Shown here: positions 1-9,598 of the stretch, one piece after another
How the letters are laid out: each line of letters begins with the position of its first letter
Numbering within the stretch: position 1 is the stretch's first letter
Origin: an uncultured Novosphingobium sp.
GTDB lineage: Bacteria > Pseudomonadota > Alphaproteobacteria > Sphingomonadales > Sphingomonadaceae
Direction: 5' to 3'
Length of the DNA: 42,486 nucleotides
Assembly (NCBI GenBank): GCA_938005655.1
Contig: CALLNA010000284.1
Coordinates: 1-42,486 of the forward strand
Notes under the pieces: model-generated
What the model was told of the DNA's origin: nothing
What the model saw: the letters and a program-made list of their open reading frames with translations, nothing else
Databases searched by the model: none
Position numbers and translations under genes: made by a program

Positions 1-194
1 GACCTTGCGGGTCCGCTGATCGCCGGCCGCAGCGGGAGGACAAGGAAGCGATGGCCTCTCGCCTACCCGCACCCGCCGCGTTTCGGAGCGGCGTTGCTAT
101 CCGCCGATCCGATGGCGAGGGTGTATAACCGATATGGTTCTATATGTTAAGCTCTTTTTCCCCTTTCCCCACCAGGGGAAGGGATCGCAGGTGT

Positions 195-2786
195 TTAGCG
201 CGCAAACCTGCCCGCGACCGCCAGATCGCTGAGGGCCGAGGAGGTTCCCAGCCAGAGGGTATAGTCCCCGGCGGGGCTCACCCATTTCTGCTCCGCCTCG
301 CTCCACACGCCGAAGGGGTGGTTGCTGGCGGCGGGATCGATCGTCACCGTGACCGTCTGCGACGCGCCGGGCGCCAGCTCGACGCGCTGGAAGCCGACCA
401 GGCGGCGCGGCGGCTGGGGCGCGCCGACGGCGCTGGCGCCGGGCGGCAGCGCGACATAGGCCTGGACCACCTCGGCCCCGGCGACCTTGCCGGTGTTCGT
501 CACCCGCACCCTCGCGGCGTAGCGGCCGGTCGCGGCATCGTGGGCCAGGACCGGCTTGCCGAGGGCGAAGGTCGTGTAGGACAGGCCGTGGCCGAAGGGG
601 AAGGCCACGCAGGGGTTGCGGCCGCGCACGGCGGCGCACTTGCCGCTCAGGTTCGCGTCGTACCAGCGGTAGCCGATCGCCAGCTTCTCGGCATATTCGA
701 CCGTCTGGCTCTTGCCGTCGGCGCCGGGCGTGCCGGGGAACTGCGTGGGCGTCACGCCGTCGAGGAAGCCCTTGCCGGCATAGGGGAAGGTCACCGGCAG
801 CTTGCCCGAGGGGCTGCGCCGGCCGAGCAGCAGGTCGGCGACGATGTTGCCGTCCTCCTGCCCGGGAAACCAGGCTTCGAGGATCGCCGGCCCGCGCGGG
901 CCGACCAGCGCCGGGGCCATCGCCACGCCGGCATTGTCCTTGAGCACCAGCACCGCCTTGCGGGCCATGGGTCGGCCGGTCGTGGAGCGCGCGGCGAGCA
1001 CCGCCTCGATCATCGCCAGGGTATGGCTGTTCCTGGCCAGGGCGGCGCGGGCGTTCTTTTCGAGATTGGCCACGGCGATCACGTCCGAGCGGTCCGCGTA
1101 CCAATCGAGGCCATGGCCTTCCGCCGCGCTTCCGGCGAGCACCTTGCCGTCCGGCCCGGTGAAGGTCGCCCGGTCAGCGCCTTCCTCGGAAATCGTTCCG
1201 GCCATCATCACCACGGCATCGGCCTTCCCCGCCTCGGCCAGGGCGTCGGCGAAGCCGGCTTCCGCGCCGTCGATCGTCGCGGTCTTGTTGGCATCGTCGA
1301 CGAGGATCAGCTTGACCGTGGCGCCCGCGTTGCCCTCAGCCTTCAGCGCGTTGCGGATGCCCTCGACCGGCGTCACCGAATAGTGCGGCACCACGTCCGA
1401 GCTGCCCCCGCCCGAGCCCATCGGCTTGCCGGTCAGCGCGCCGCCGGCCACGGCCTGCCGGGCATAGACCTGGCTCGCCTTGCCGATCACCACGACCGAG
1501 CGGAGCCCGGGGCGCAGCGGCAGGGCGCCGTTGTTCTGGAGCAGCACGGCCGCGCGGACGCCGACGTCGTGCGCCTTGCGGCCGTTGCCGGCGACGTCCA
1601 TCGGCGTCTGGACCAGCGGGCGGTCGAAGATCCCGGCCTTGAACATCTGGGTGTAGCGCCGCTCCAGCGCCTGGTCGATCTCGGCCACGGCGATCTCGCC
1701 CTTGCCGAGCGCGGTCTGGAGCCGGGTGGGCGACCACTGGATCGGCTGCGGCATCTCGTGGTCCATCCCCGCCTTCAGCGGGGCGACCGTGCTCTTCATC
1801 GCGAAGAAATCGGTCTGGACATAGCCGGTGAAGCCCCAGTCGCGGCGCAGCACGTCGGTCAGCATCTCCCTGTTCTCGCAGGAGGACACGCCGTTGACGT
1901 AGTTGTAGGCGCACATCACCGCGGCGACCTTGCCGTCCTTCACCGCCATCTCGAAGGGCAGCAGGTACAGCTCGCGCAGGACCTGCCGGTCGATCGTCTC
2001 CTGGATCGTCTGGCGGTTGGTCTCCTGCTCGTTGGCGATGTAGTGCTTGGGCATGGCGATGATGCCCCGGGCCTGGACGGCCTTGATCTCCGCCGTGCCC
2101 ATCACCCCGGTCAGGTAGGGGTCCTCGCCGAAGTATTCGAAGTTGCGGCCGAGGATCGGCAGGCGGGCGAGGTTCAGGCCCGGCGCCTCGAAGACGTGGA
2201 GCGCGAGGTCGTTCAGCTCCGTCGCGATCACCTCGCCGTAGGTCGCGGCCACCGCCGGATCGAACGAGGCGGCGACGCCGATCGCCGAGGGCAGCGCGGT
2301 CGCCTTGGCCGAGGTCGGGTGGGTATAGGCCGCCGCCATGCTCGCGCCGAAGATGCCAGAGGCGTTCTTGTCGATGACGCTGGGCGAGACGCAATCGTTC
2401 TGGCCGACGCCGACCGGGCCGTTGCTGATCCGGAAGGTCGGGATGCCGAGCGCGGCGATCCCGCTGACGTGGCGGGCGCCGTAGCAGTCGGGCAGCTCGG
2501 GCAGGATCTCCGGCCTGCTGCCGGTGAGCTGCTGCATCTTCTGCTCCAGCGTCATCGCGCCGAGCAGCATCCGCGCGCGGCGATGCGCCACCGCCTCGCG
2601 CGCGGCATCGTCCGCGGCGGCCTGCTGCTCGGCCACGACGCCCGGGGCCATCCAGGCGTTGGCCGAAGGCGGGGTCTGGGGCTGAGCTTGGGCTTGGGCG
2701 CAGGCCGGCAGGGCCGCGCCCGCAAGGAGCAGCGCCGCCCACCGCGCGCCGCGCGGCAGTCCCTTGCGATAGCGTTGCTGGGCCAT
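195..2786 (-). CDS. Secreted glycoside hydrolase family 3 (beta-glucosidase/xylosidase-like) with C-terminal Fn3-like domain
   Basis: GH3 motifs GRNFEYFGEDP, PKHY, VMCAYN, VQTDF (nucleophile Asp), AWFPGQEDG, FPFGHGLSYT. Start placed at ATG 2786 because AGGAGG lies just upstream and a signal-peptide-like segment follows. Confidence 0.93.
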   Translation of the reverse strand: MAQQRYRKGLPRGARWAALLLAGAALPACAQAQAQPQTPPSANAWMAPGVVAEQQAAADDAAREAVAHRRARMLLGAMTLEQKMQQLTGSRPEILPELPDCYGARHVSGIAALGIPTFRISNGPVGVGQNDCVSPSVIDKNASGIFGASMAAAYTHPTSAKATALPSAIGVAASFDPAVAATYGEVIATELNDLALHVFEAPGLNLARLPILGRNFEYFGEDPYLTGVMGTAEIKAVQARGIIAMPKHYIANEQETNRQTIQETIDRQVLRELYLLPFEMAVKDGKVAAVMCAYNYVNGVSSCENREMLTDVLRRDWGFTGYVQTDFFAMKSTVAPLKAGMDHEMPQPIQWSPTRLQTALGKGEIAVAEIDQALERRYTQMFKAGIFDRPLVQTPMDVAGNGRKAHDVGVRAAVLLQNNGALPLRPGLRSVVVIGKASQVYARQAVAGGALTGKPMGSGGGSSDVVPHYSVTPVEGIRNALKAEGNAGATVKLILVDDANKTATIDGAEAGFADALAEAGKADAVVMMAGTISEEGADRATFTGPDGKVLAGSAAEGHGLDWYADRSDVIAVANLEKNARAALARNSHTLAMIEAVLAARSTTGRPMARKAVLVLKDNAGVAMAPALVGPRGPAILEAWFPGQEDGNIVADLLLGRRSPSGKLPVTFPYAGKGFLDGVTPTQFPGTPGADGKSQTVEYAEKLAIGYRWYDANLSGKCAAVRGRNPCVAFPFGHGLSYTTFALGKPVLAHDAATGRYAARVRVTNTGKVAGAEVVQAYVALPPGASAVGAPQPPRRLVGFQRVELAPGASQTVTVTIDPAASNHPFGVWSEAEQKWVSPAGDYTLWLGTSSALSDLAVAGRFAR

Positions 2787-2916
2787 GGACGATCCTCCTG
2801 TCGCGCGATCCGGGTCAAAGGCTGGCGCCGCATCCCAGCGAAAAGGGCCTGCCATTCCTGGCAGACCCGAGCGGAGAGCGGCGCAAGGCCCGGTGTCGCA
2901 CCCGCGACGGCGGCGA

Positions 2917-5238
2917 TCAAGCGAAAATTGGCCTTACCGATTTTCCGTCGCGCGCCAGGCGCGCGATCCGGCGGGAGTCCGCCGCGCTCGGCAGGGGATG
3001 GCCGATCAGGTGGCCCTGGACCTCGGTGCAGCCCTCGGCGCGGACGCAGTCGAGCTGTTCCCGGGTCTCGACCGCCTCGGCCACGGTGGTCACGCCGAGC
3101 CGCTTGCCGAGGTCGGCGATCGCCCGGACCACGGCGGCGCAGTCGGGCCGGTCGACCGCGTCGCGGACGAACGAGCCGTCGATCTTGATCTTGTCGAAGG
3201 GGAAGGCGCGCAGGTGGGCGAGCGAGGAGAAGCCCGTCCCGAAATCGTCGAGCGCCACGCGCACGCCCAGGCCGCGGATGCGGCGCAGGTCGCCGAGCAC
3301 GTCGTGCTCGTCGTCGAGCAGGGCGGTCTCCGTGACCTCGATCTCCAGCCGGTTCGGCGAGAGGCCGGTCGCGACCAGCGCGGCCAGCACCCGCTCCGGC
3401 AGCACGCCCTTGCCGAGCTGGCTGGCCGAGATGTTGACGGCGACGCGCACGCCGTCCCCCCAGCCCGCCGCCTCGCGGCAGGCCGCTTCCAGGACGAAGT
3501 CGCCGAGCTGGTCGATCAGGCCGCTCTGCTCGGCGACGGGCACGAACTCGCCGGGCGAGATCCAGCCGCTCTCGGGATGGTGCCAGCGCACCAGCGCCTC
3601 GCGGGCCACGACCGTGCCGGTCTCGATCTCGACGATCGGCTGGTAGAACACGAACAACCCGTCGCGGTCGCGCAGCGCGGCGCGCAGCTTGGTCTCCAGG
3701 CTGACCCGCTCCTGTACGCGGCTCTCCATGCCGGGCTCGAACATCCGCGCCTGGCCCTTGCCCGCGTCCTTCGCCGCGTAGAGCGCGATGTCGGCGCGGG
3801 TCAGCAGGGTCTCGCCGGTGTCGCCGTGCTCGGGGGCGAGCGCGATGCCGATCGAGGCGCCGATCTGGATATTGCCGTAGGCCAGCTCGTAGGGCGCGCT
3901 CAGCGCCTCGACGATCCGCCCGGCGAGGTCCTCGGCCATTCCCGCGTCGTCGTGCGGCAGGAGCACGGCGAACTCGTCCCCGCCGAGCCGGCCGACCGAG
4001 ACCGCGGGCGTCCCGCAGATCGCCTTGAGCCGCTCGGCGACGGCGTTGAGCAGCACGTCGCCGACGCCGTGGCCGCGCGTGTCGTTGACCTGCTTGAAGC
4101 CGTCGAGGTCGACGTAGAGCAGGCCCATCCGGTTGCCCGGCCCGGCGAGGCGGCGGTCGACCGCCTCGTAGAAGGTCGTGCGGTTGGGCAGGCCGGTCAG
4201 GGTGTCGAAGTGGGCGAGGTTGCGGATGCGGTTCTCCGCCTCGACCTCCCGGGTGACGAGCGCCCAGGTCAGCATCGGGCCGAGGTAGGCGCCGTCGCGG
4301 GCGGTGATCGCCGAGACCTTGAGGTCGAGCACCTCGGGGCCGAGCCTGATCCGGGCGCTGTGCGGCAGGTTCGCCGGATCGGCGAGGATGCGCCGCTGGT
4401 ACTGCGGATGCTTGCGGAAGACGTCGATCGGCGTGCCGAGCAGCTCGTCGGCGCGGATCGGCAACAGGTGCTCGATCTGTCCGACCAGTTGCTTGGAGGT
4501 CTCGTTGGCGTAGTTGATCCGCAGCGTGTCGGGGGCGAGGGTCATCACCGCGACCGGCATGTCGTCGATCATCCGCAGCAGGCGGCTCTGCTCGTCGTGC
4601 TTGCGCCGCGCCTCGGTCCGCGCGTCGACCATGCGCGCGAAATCGCGGTTCTGGATCAGGATGATCAGCGTCGTCGCGACGATCACCGGCAGGAAGGTGC
4701 CCGCCACGAGGATCAGCGAAAGGATGCCGCTGGCCGCGAAATAGCCGGTGATGACCACCGCGTTGATGATGGCGACGGTCAGCACCGCCGCGCGCAGGTT
4801 GGTCAGGCACAGCATCGAGATCAGCGCCGAGACGGCGAGGAAGAAGGCGACGTGCGCCCGCTCGTAGGGGCTGCCGTAGGGAAAAAGGGCGAAGGCCCAG
4901 GTGAAGAACACCACGACCAGCGCGCCGGTCAGCCAGGTGGTCTGCCGCAGCTCCTTATGCACCCGGGCGAAGTCGAACGGGCTCTCCCGGCGGCGCCACC
5001 ACTGCATCAGGCGCAGGCCGCAGCTCGCGGTCAGGGCCAGCGGCACGAGGATGGTCAGCGAGGTCGGCGCCGTGCCGACAAACGTCCCGGCGAGGCCCCA
5101 CATGTTGACCAGGAGCACCAGGTAGAGCAGCGGGATCATCCGCGACAGCGAGGCGGCCTGCTCCTTGAGCAATTCCGGATTGTCCGACCGGGCGGGGAAA
5201 GTGGCGGCGACGTGGGCGGCCAGGGCCTGCACCGTCAT
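2917..5238 (-). CDS. Membrane-bound diguanylate cyclase/phosphodiesterase (about 5-6 TM + PAS + GGDEF + EAL)
   Basis: N-terminal hydrophobic helices, PAS region, DTLTGLPNR, DLDGFKQVND, intact GGDEF, YQP..REALVRW, EVTE, DDFGTGFSSL, IKIDGSF, AEAVET. Confidence 0.93.
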   Translation of the reverse strand: MTVQALAAHVAATFPARSDNPELLKEQAASLSRMIPLLYLVLLVNMWGLAGTFVGTAPTSLTILVPLALTASCGLRLMQWWRRRESPFDFARVHKELRQTTWLTGALVVVFFTWAFALFPYGSPYERAHVAFFLAVSALISMLCLTNLRAAVLTVAIINAVVITGYFAASGILSLILVAGTFLPVIVATTLIILIQNRDFARMVDARTEARRKHDEQSRLLRMIDDMPVAVMTLAPDTLRINYANETSKQLVGQIEHLLPIRADELLGTPIDVFRKHPQYQRRILADPANLPHSARIRLGPEVLDLKVSAITARDGAYLGPMLTWALVTREVEAENRIRNLAHFDTLTGLPNRTTFYEAVDRRLAGPGNRMGLLYVDLDGFKQVNDTRGHGVGDVLLNAVAERLKAICGTPAVSVGRLGGDEFAVLLPHDDAGMAEDLAGRIVEALSAPYELAYGNIQIGASIGIALAPEHGDTGETLLTRADIALYAAKDAGKGQARMFEPGMESRVQERVSLETKLRAALRDRDGLFVFYQPIVEIETGTVVAREALVRWHHPESGWISPGEFVPVAEQSGLIDQLGDFVLEAACREAAGWGDGVRVAVNISASQLGKGVLPERVLAALVATGLSPNRLEIEVTETALLDDEHDVLGDLRRIRGLGVRVALDDFGTGFSSLAHLRAFPFDKIKIDGSFVRDAVDRPDCAAVVRAIADLGKRLGVTTVAEAVETREQLDCVRAEGCTEVQGHLIGHPLPSAADSRRIARLARDGKSVRPIFA

Positions 5239-5467
5239 GCGCGGCGCCCGCCCGCCGCGAGGACGCAGCGCCCAAGATCATGCCTGCCGGCAATGTCGTC
5301 CAAGACTGCTGCCCCCAATCCGCGGTTTCAGCCTCGCCCTAGGGCCCGGCTGGTTAACATTCCGCCAAGCGGGTTCCCGGGAGGTTGCCGTGATCGCCCC
5401 GCCGATCACGCATATCCGGAACCTCGGACCGGTTTTCCTCGACCGGTCATGCGGTTATCCTGCGCGA

Positions 5468-5932
5468 ATGCTGCGATACCTCGTTCACGCGGCCCTGTGT
5501 GGCGGCCTCGCTGCCGGCGTGACCGTGGCCGGCGCGGCCCAGGCCCGTCCCCGGGGGCTGGAGGGCGCCACAATCCTCCTGACCGCCGACGAGGGCACCC
5601 AGGGCGTCGAGATCGTCGCGCAGTGCCTGAGCGAGGCGGGGCTGCGCCAGGCCGCTCCGGCCGACTATCTCGTGCAATTCAGCCGCGCCTTGCGCCCGCG
5701 CAAGACGGCCGTCGAGCTGGCGGCGAAGGACGCCGCGCCCGCACCGCGGCGCAAGCTCCGCTCGGGCCGGACCGTCGAGGTCGCCACGGTGGCCATTTCG
5801 GAGGTCGCCTCGGGCAAGGTGCTGCGCCGGGCCGAGGTCGTCGCCAAGGTGCGCCGCCGCGGCCGGACCCCGGACGCGATCGTGCGGAAGCTGTGCGACG
5901 TCATCAAGCGATCGGTGGCGGAACCGGGCTGA
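5468..5932 (+). CDS. Hypothetical exported protein
   Basis: ATG 5468 followed by signal-peptide-like MLRYLVHAALCGGLAAGVTVAGAAQA; host-like codon usage; 3' end overlaps the convergent kinase gene by 29 bp. Confidence 0.6.
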   Translation: MLRYLVHAALCGGLAAGVTVAGAAQARPRGLEGATILLTADEGTQGVEIVAQCLSEAGLRQAAPADYLVQFSRALRPRKTAVELAAKDAAPAPRRKLRSGRTVEVATVAISEVASGKVLRRAEVVAKVRRRGRTPDAIVRKLCDVIKRSVAEPG

Positions 5933-8273
5933 CGGAGCCGACATCGGCCGGCATCTCCACCGTGAAGGCCGTCGGCCCCTCCTCGGAGGACCGGCACGTC
6001 ACGGTGCCCCGGTGCCTGACCGCCACGGTATGGACGAAGGCCAGCCCCAGGCCCACGCCGTGCGTGCCCGCCGGGGCGGTGCTCTGGAAGCGCCGGTAGA
6101 GCGCGGCCATGCGCTCGGCGGGAATCCCCGGCCCCTCGTTTGTCACCGTCGCGCCGGCCCATCGGCGGCCGTCCACCGTGAAGGCCCGGCAGGAGACCGT
6201 GACGACCGCCGCGGCCGGGCTGAACTTGACCGCGTTGTCGATCAGGTTGCCGAACATCCGCGCCAGAAGCGAGGCGTCGCCCGACACCCACAGCTCCGGC
6301 TCCGCGAAGTCGTAGGCGAAGGTGATCCGCTTGGCCGAAGCCTGGGGCCACAGCGCTTGCGCGGCCTCGGTCAGCAGCGCCGCGAGGTCGACCGGCTCGA
6401 CCTTGACCTCGACCGTCTGCGCCCGGGCGAGATGGACGAAATCGTCCGCCAGCTTCAGCGTGCGCCCCGCATAGCCGCGAATCCGCTCGGCAGCGTCCGC
6501 CGGGAGGGCCGCCATGCCCAGGCGGTCGATCAGCGAGATGATCGAGGACTGCGGCGCGCGCATGTCGTGGGACAGCAGCTCCAGGGCGTCGTTGCGCTGG
6601 CGCTGGGTGGTGACGACGTCGGTGTTGTCGACGATCCTGACGACGTAGCCGACCAGTTCCTGGGCACTGTTGCGCTGGGGCTGGAACCGGACGTCGAACG
6701 ACTGCCCCGCGACGGTCTCGGCGCCGCAGTTCCAGGGGATGCCCTTGACCTGGATGGCCGCCGCGAAGCGGATCGGCGCGCGCCCGGTCGGCCGCAGCGA
6801 ATGGAGATAGGTGAGGAGGTCGTCCGCATAGACCAGGTCGCCGGGCCCGTTGAGTTCGCGGAACAGCCGCACGGCCTTGTCGTTGGCGAACAGGACCAAG
6901 CCCTGGAGGTCCGTGACGATCACGCAGTCGGGCATTTGCGAGAAGCGGTCGCGCAGGAACTTGCCGAGGTCCCGTTCGCGCTCCACCGCCCGGCTCAGCA
7001 AGTGGATCTGCCGGTCGAGCACGTCGGCGGGCGGCTCCGTCCGCTGGCCGCCCTCGAACAGGCCGCCGTCGCGGTCGGACCGTTCCAGTTCCTGCGAGAG
7101 GTAGCGGCTGGCGAGGCTCAGCTTGCGCCAGGTCCAGGCCGGATAGAGCAGGACGATCACCGCCAGGGCGCTCGCCGGGGGGACCCAGAACGAGGCGAAA
7201 TGCAGCGCCGCGATCGACGCCGCCAGGACCGCGGCGGCCAGGCCGACGATCAGCAGCAGGGTCCACCGGGGCGCCAGGAAGCGCAGCCCGACCATCGCCG
7301 CGACGATCGGCAGCAGCGACAGGAACAGCGTCGCCAGCGCGCCCGCCGGCACGACCGCGCGATGGGACAGCAGGGTGCTGACCAGGTTCGCCTGGATCTC
7401 GACGCCGGGCATGAGGCTGCCGTCGACCCCGGTCGGGGTCGCATAGACGTCGCCGATGCCGCTGGCCGTGACGCCGACGAGGACGCGGCGGTCGCGAAGG
7501 AACTCGGCGGGCAACTCGCCCCGCAGGACGCTGGCGGCGGAAACGGTGGGGAACGACCCCGCCGGTCCCGCGAAGGCGATCAGCACGGGATCGCGCCCGA
7601 CGAGCTGCGCGCCGGGCGGCTCCCTGGCCGGCGGCTCCCCGCCCGGCGACTCCTTGCCCGATGGCTGGCTGTCCGATGGCTGGCTGTCCGATTGGCGGGC
7701 GATCCCGGCCAGCAGCGCGGCCAGCGACGGCCAGTGCCGTCGCCCGTCGGAATAGGACAGGTAGGCGCGCCGGATCAGGCCGTCGCGGTCGGGCGCGATA
7801 TTGACGTGGCCCAGCGCGCTCGCGCGATCCTTCAGCAGGTCCAGCGGCGGCGTCAGCCCGAATTGCGCGCCGTCCGGCCCCGGCACGTCGAACTGCACGG
7901 GAAGATAGGTCGCCGCGCCGCCCAGCGCGCGGGCCAGTGCCGCGTCGCCGCCCACCTCCCGCGCCCCGACGAGCAGGATATCGACGCCGACCGCCCTGGG
8001 CCGTCCCTTGCCGATCGCCTCGATCAGCGCGGCCAGGCGATCCCGCGGCCAGGGCCATTCGCCCTCCTCGGCGACGCTCCGGTTGTCGACCGCGACGATC
8101 AGCACCGACGGGTCCGTGACGCCGGGCAGGCGGTTCTGGACGGTGTCGTAGAGCATGAAATCCAGCCGGCTGGTCGACTGGAACGCCACGATGAGGGACA
8201 GCACCGCCGCTGCCGCGGTCAGGACCAGCCACCATTCCAGGGCCAGGCGCTGATAGAAGCGGCTCGGATTCAT
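5904..8273 (-). CDS. CHASE2-domain sensor histidine kinase (CHASE2, TMs, PAS-like, HisKA, HATPase)
   Basis: CHASE2 motifs IVAVDNRS..GEWPWPR, VGVDIL, DRDGLIRR, MPGVEIQAN; H-box LSHDMRAP; N-box NLIDNAVKFS; G2 GVGLGL; ATGA overlap with the upstream gene. Confidence 0.92.
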   Translation of the reverse strand: MNPSRFYQRLALEWWLVLTAAAAVLSLIVAFQSTSRLDFMLYDTVQNRLPGVTDPSVLIVAVDNRSVAEEGEWPWPRDRLAALIEAIGKGRPRAVGVDILLVGAREVGGDAALARALGGAATYLPVQFDVPGPDGAQFGLTPPLDLLKDRASALGHVNIAPDRDGLIRRAYLSYSDGRRHWPSLAALLAGIARQSDSQPSDSQPSGKESPGGEPPAREPPGAQLVGRDPVLIAFAGPAGSFPTVSAASVLRGELPAEFLRDRRVLVGVTASGIGDVYATPTGVDGSLMPGVEIQANLVSTLLSHRAVVPAGALATLFLSLLPIVAAMVGLRFLAPRWTLLLIVGLAAAVLAASIAALHFASFWVPPASALAVIVLLYPAWTWRKLSLASRYLSQELERSDRDGGLFEGGQRTEPPADVLDRQIHLLSRAVERERDLGKFLRDRFSQMPDCVIVTDLQGLVLFANDKAVRLFRELNGPGDLVYADDLLTYLHSLRPTGRAPIRFAAAIQVKGIPWNCGAETVAGQSFDVRFQPQRNSAQELVGYVVRIVDNTDVVTTQRQRNDALELLSHDMRAPQSSIISLIDRLGMAALPADAAERIRGYAGRTLKLADDFVHLARAQTVEVKVEPVDLAALLTEAAQALWPQASAKRITFAYDFAEPELWVSGDASLLARMFGNLIDNAVKFSPAAAVVTVSCRAFTVDGRRWAGATVTNEGPGIPAERMAALYRRFQSTAPAGTHGVGLGLAFVHTVAVRHRGTVTCRSSEEGPTAFTVEMPADVGSVSPVPPPIA
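7611..7700. repeat. In-frame degenerate 15-bp tandem repeat (about 6 units) inside the CHASE2 domain
   Basis: Units gccgggcggctccct / ggccggcggctcccc / gcccggcgactcctt / gcccgatggctggct / gtccgatggctggct / gtccgattggcgggc encode ARQSD-SQPSD-SQPSG-KESPG-GEPPA-REPPG. Confidence 0.75.
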
Positions 8274-9598
8274 CGGCGGCGGGCGACCTCGAAGCTTTGC
8301 TCGGGCATCCAGGTCTCGATGACCTGTCCGGCCCCGGGAATGGTCGACATGACCCGCCAGGAGTAGGAGCCCGGCGGCAGCCTGGTCAGGGCGATGCTCG
8401 TGTCCTTCAGGCCCGGCTCGTCCACCAGCGGCACGGTGTCCCCGCTGCGCCGCAACTGGAAGCGGAAGATCGGCTCGCCGTCCGCCTCCGCGCTCCACTT
8501 GAACTGATAGCGCCCCCGTCCGCTGCGCAGCAGGGTCCCGATGATGCCGTTGCGGCGGCGCTCGAAGGCATAGGTCCGCGAGGCGCCCTCCAGCCCCCGG
8601 GCGTCGACGCCCGCCACCCGCGCGAAGTAGGTTCCCGCCGGCAGCGAGGGCAGCGCGAAGGCCGGCTGGCCGGACTCGTCCTCGGCGATGGAATCGAGCA
8701 GCCCGGCATCGCGCGCGATCTCGATCCGATACTTTCTTGCGCCCGGCAGCGGGGCGAGCGCGAATTCCAGCCGCTCCCCGGTCTGCGGCCGCCCCGCGTC
8801 GACGAGCGCGGGCGCATCGAGCAAGGCCGAGACCTCGGTCCCGAGCCCCGCCCCGAGCGCGATCCCGTGCCGCGTGACGACCAGGCGCTCGCCGCTCGCC
8901 GGCGCGCTCGCGGGCTGCACCGCGACCTTGCCTTCGTCGACCTCGGTCAGGGCGATGCCGGTCGTCTCGTCATAGGCCGAGCGGAACACCGTGCCCCGCA
9001 CCGCCGCATGGCTGACCGGCGTCGTGACCCGGAACGTGCTGCCCGCGTCCGGCATCGGCGTGACCGTGGCCCGGGCCCTGCCGTTCTCCAGCCGGAACTC
9101 CCGCTCGACCGCCCCGGTCAGCAGGACGCGCCGCAGGCGCAGGATCCGGACCGCGCTCTGCGAGGGGATGGCGACGGTGCTCTGGTCGGACAGGCGCAGG
9201 GTCACGAACGAATTGCGGCCGGTGGCGATGGCCGCCCCCTCGCCCAGGGTCTCGCCCCGGACCGCCGCGTGGGCCCCGCCAGGGCCGCTCACCGAGACCT
9301 GCCCGCTGAAGGCCTCGACCCTGGCCGGGGTCTCCGCGTCGCGCAGCGCGCGCCGGGGGATGCGCAACCGGGTCTGCGCGTAGATCAGGTCGAGATCGCG
9401 AATCCGGTTGAGCCGGGCGACCTCGCGCGCCGTCCGCTGCCCGGCGACGAAGGCCGCGCCCAGCGAGTAGAGGGTGTCGCCGGGCCGAATGCGGTAGAGC
9501 ACGGTCTCGGGATCGGCCTCGCGGGCCCGCGCCGGCCCGGCGGCGAGCAAGGCCAGGAGCCCGGCCATGGCCAGGGTCGAGAGCCGCCTTCCCGTCAT
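8270..9598 (-). CDS. Periplasmic LysM + FecR-domain protein with C-terminal Fn3/Ig-like modules
   Basis: Signal peptide; LysM YRIRPGDTLYSL...NRIRDLDLIYAQTRLRIP; FecR motifs IATGRNSFVTLRLSD, FRVTTP..HAAVRGTVF, EVDEGKVAV; ATGA overlaps on both sides. Confidence 0.88.
   Translation of the reverse strand: MTGRRLSTLAMAGLLALLAAGPARAREADPETVLYRIRPGDTLYSLGAAFVAGQRTAREVARLNRIRDLDLIYAQTRLRIPRRALRDAETPARVEAFSGQVSVSGPGGAHAAVRGETLGEGAAIATGRNSFVTLRLSDQSTVAIPSQSAVRILRLRRVLLTGAVEREFRLENGRARATVTPMPDAGSTFRVTTPVSHAAVRGTVFRSAYDETTGIALTEVDEGKVAVQPASAPASGERLVVTRHGIALGAGLGTEVSALLDAPALVDAGRPQTGERLEFALAPLPGARKYRIEIARDAGLLDSIAEDESGQPAFALPSLPAGTYFARVAGVDARGLEGASRTYAFERRRNGIIGTLLRSGRGRYQFKWSAEADGEPIFRFQLRRSGDTVPLVDEPGLKDTSIALTRLPPGSYSWRVMSTIPGAGQVIETWMPEQSFEVARRR

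Noticed and set aside
120-185. AT-rich patch with AACC-N5-GGTT and GTTC-N5-GTTA, plus hairpin ccctttcccc-acca-ggggaaggg, as a LexA box or GH3 terminator
   Set aside because: The alphaproteobacterial LexA box needs GTTC-N7-GTTC; the hairpin has no U-tract on the minus strand; any regulated gene would lie outside the window
144-6099. Very long + strand ORFs 144..3188 and 2785..6099, and similar ones such as 6012..8366, 15663..17426, 25152..27074, 33926..35497 and 38633..40510
   Set aside because: Antisense or off-frame shadows of motif-bearing genes; Arg/Gly/Pro-rich with no motifs, as expected at this GC content
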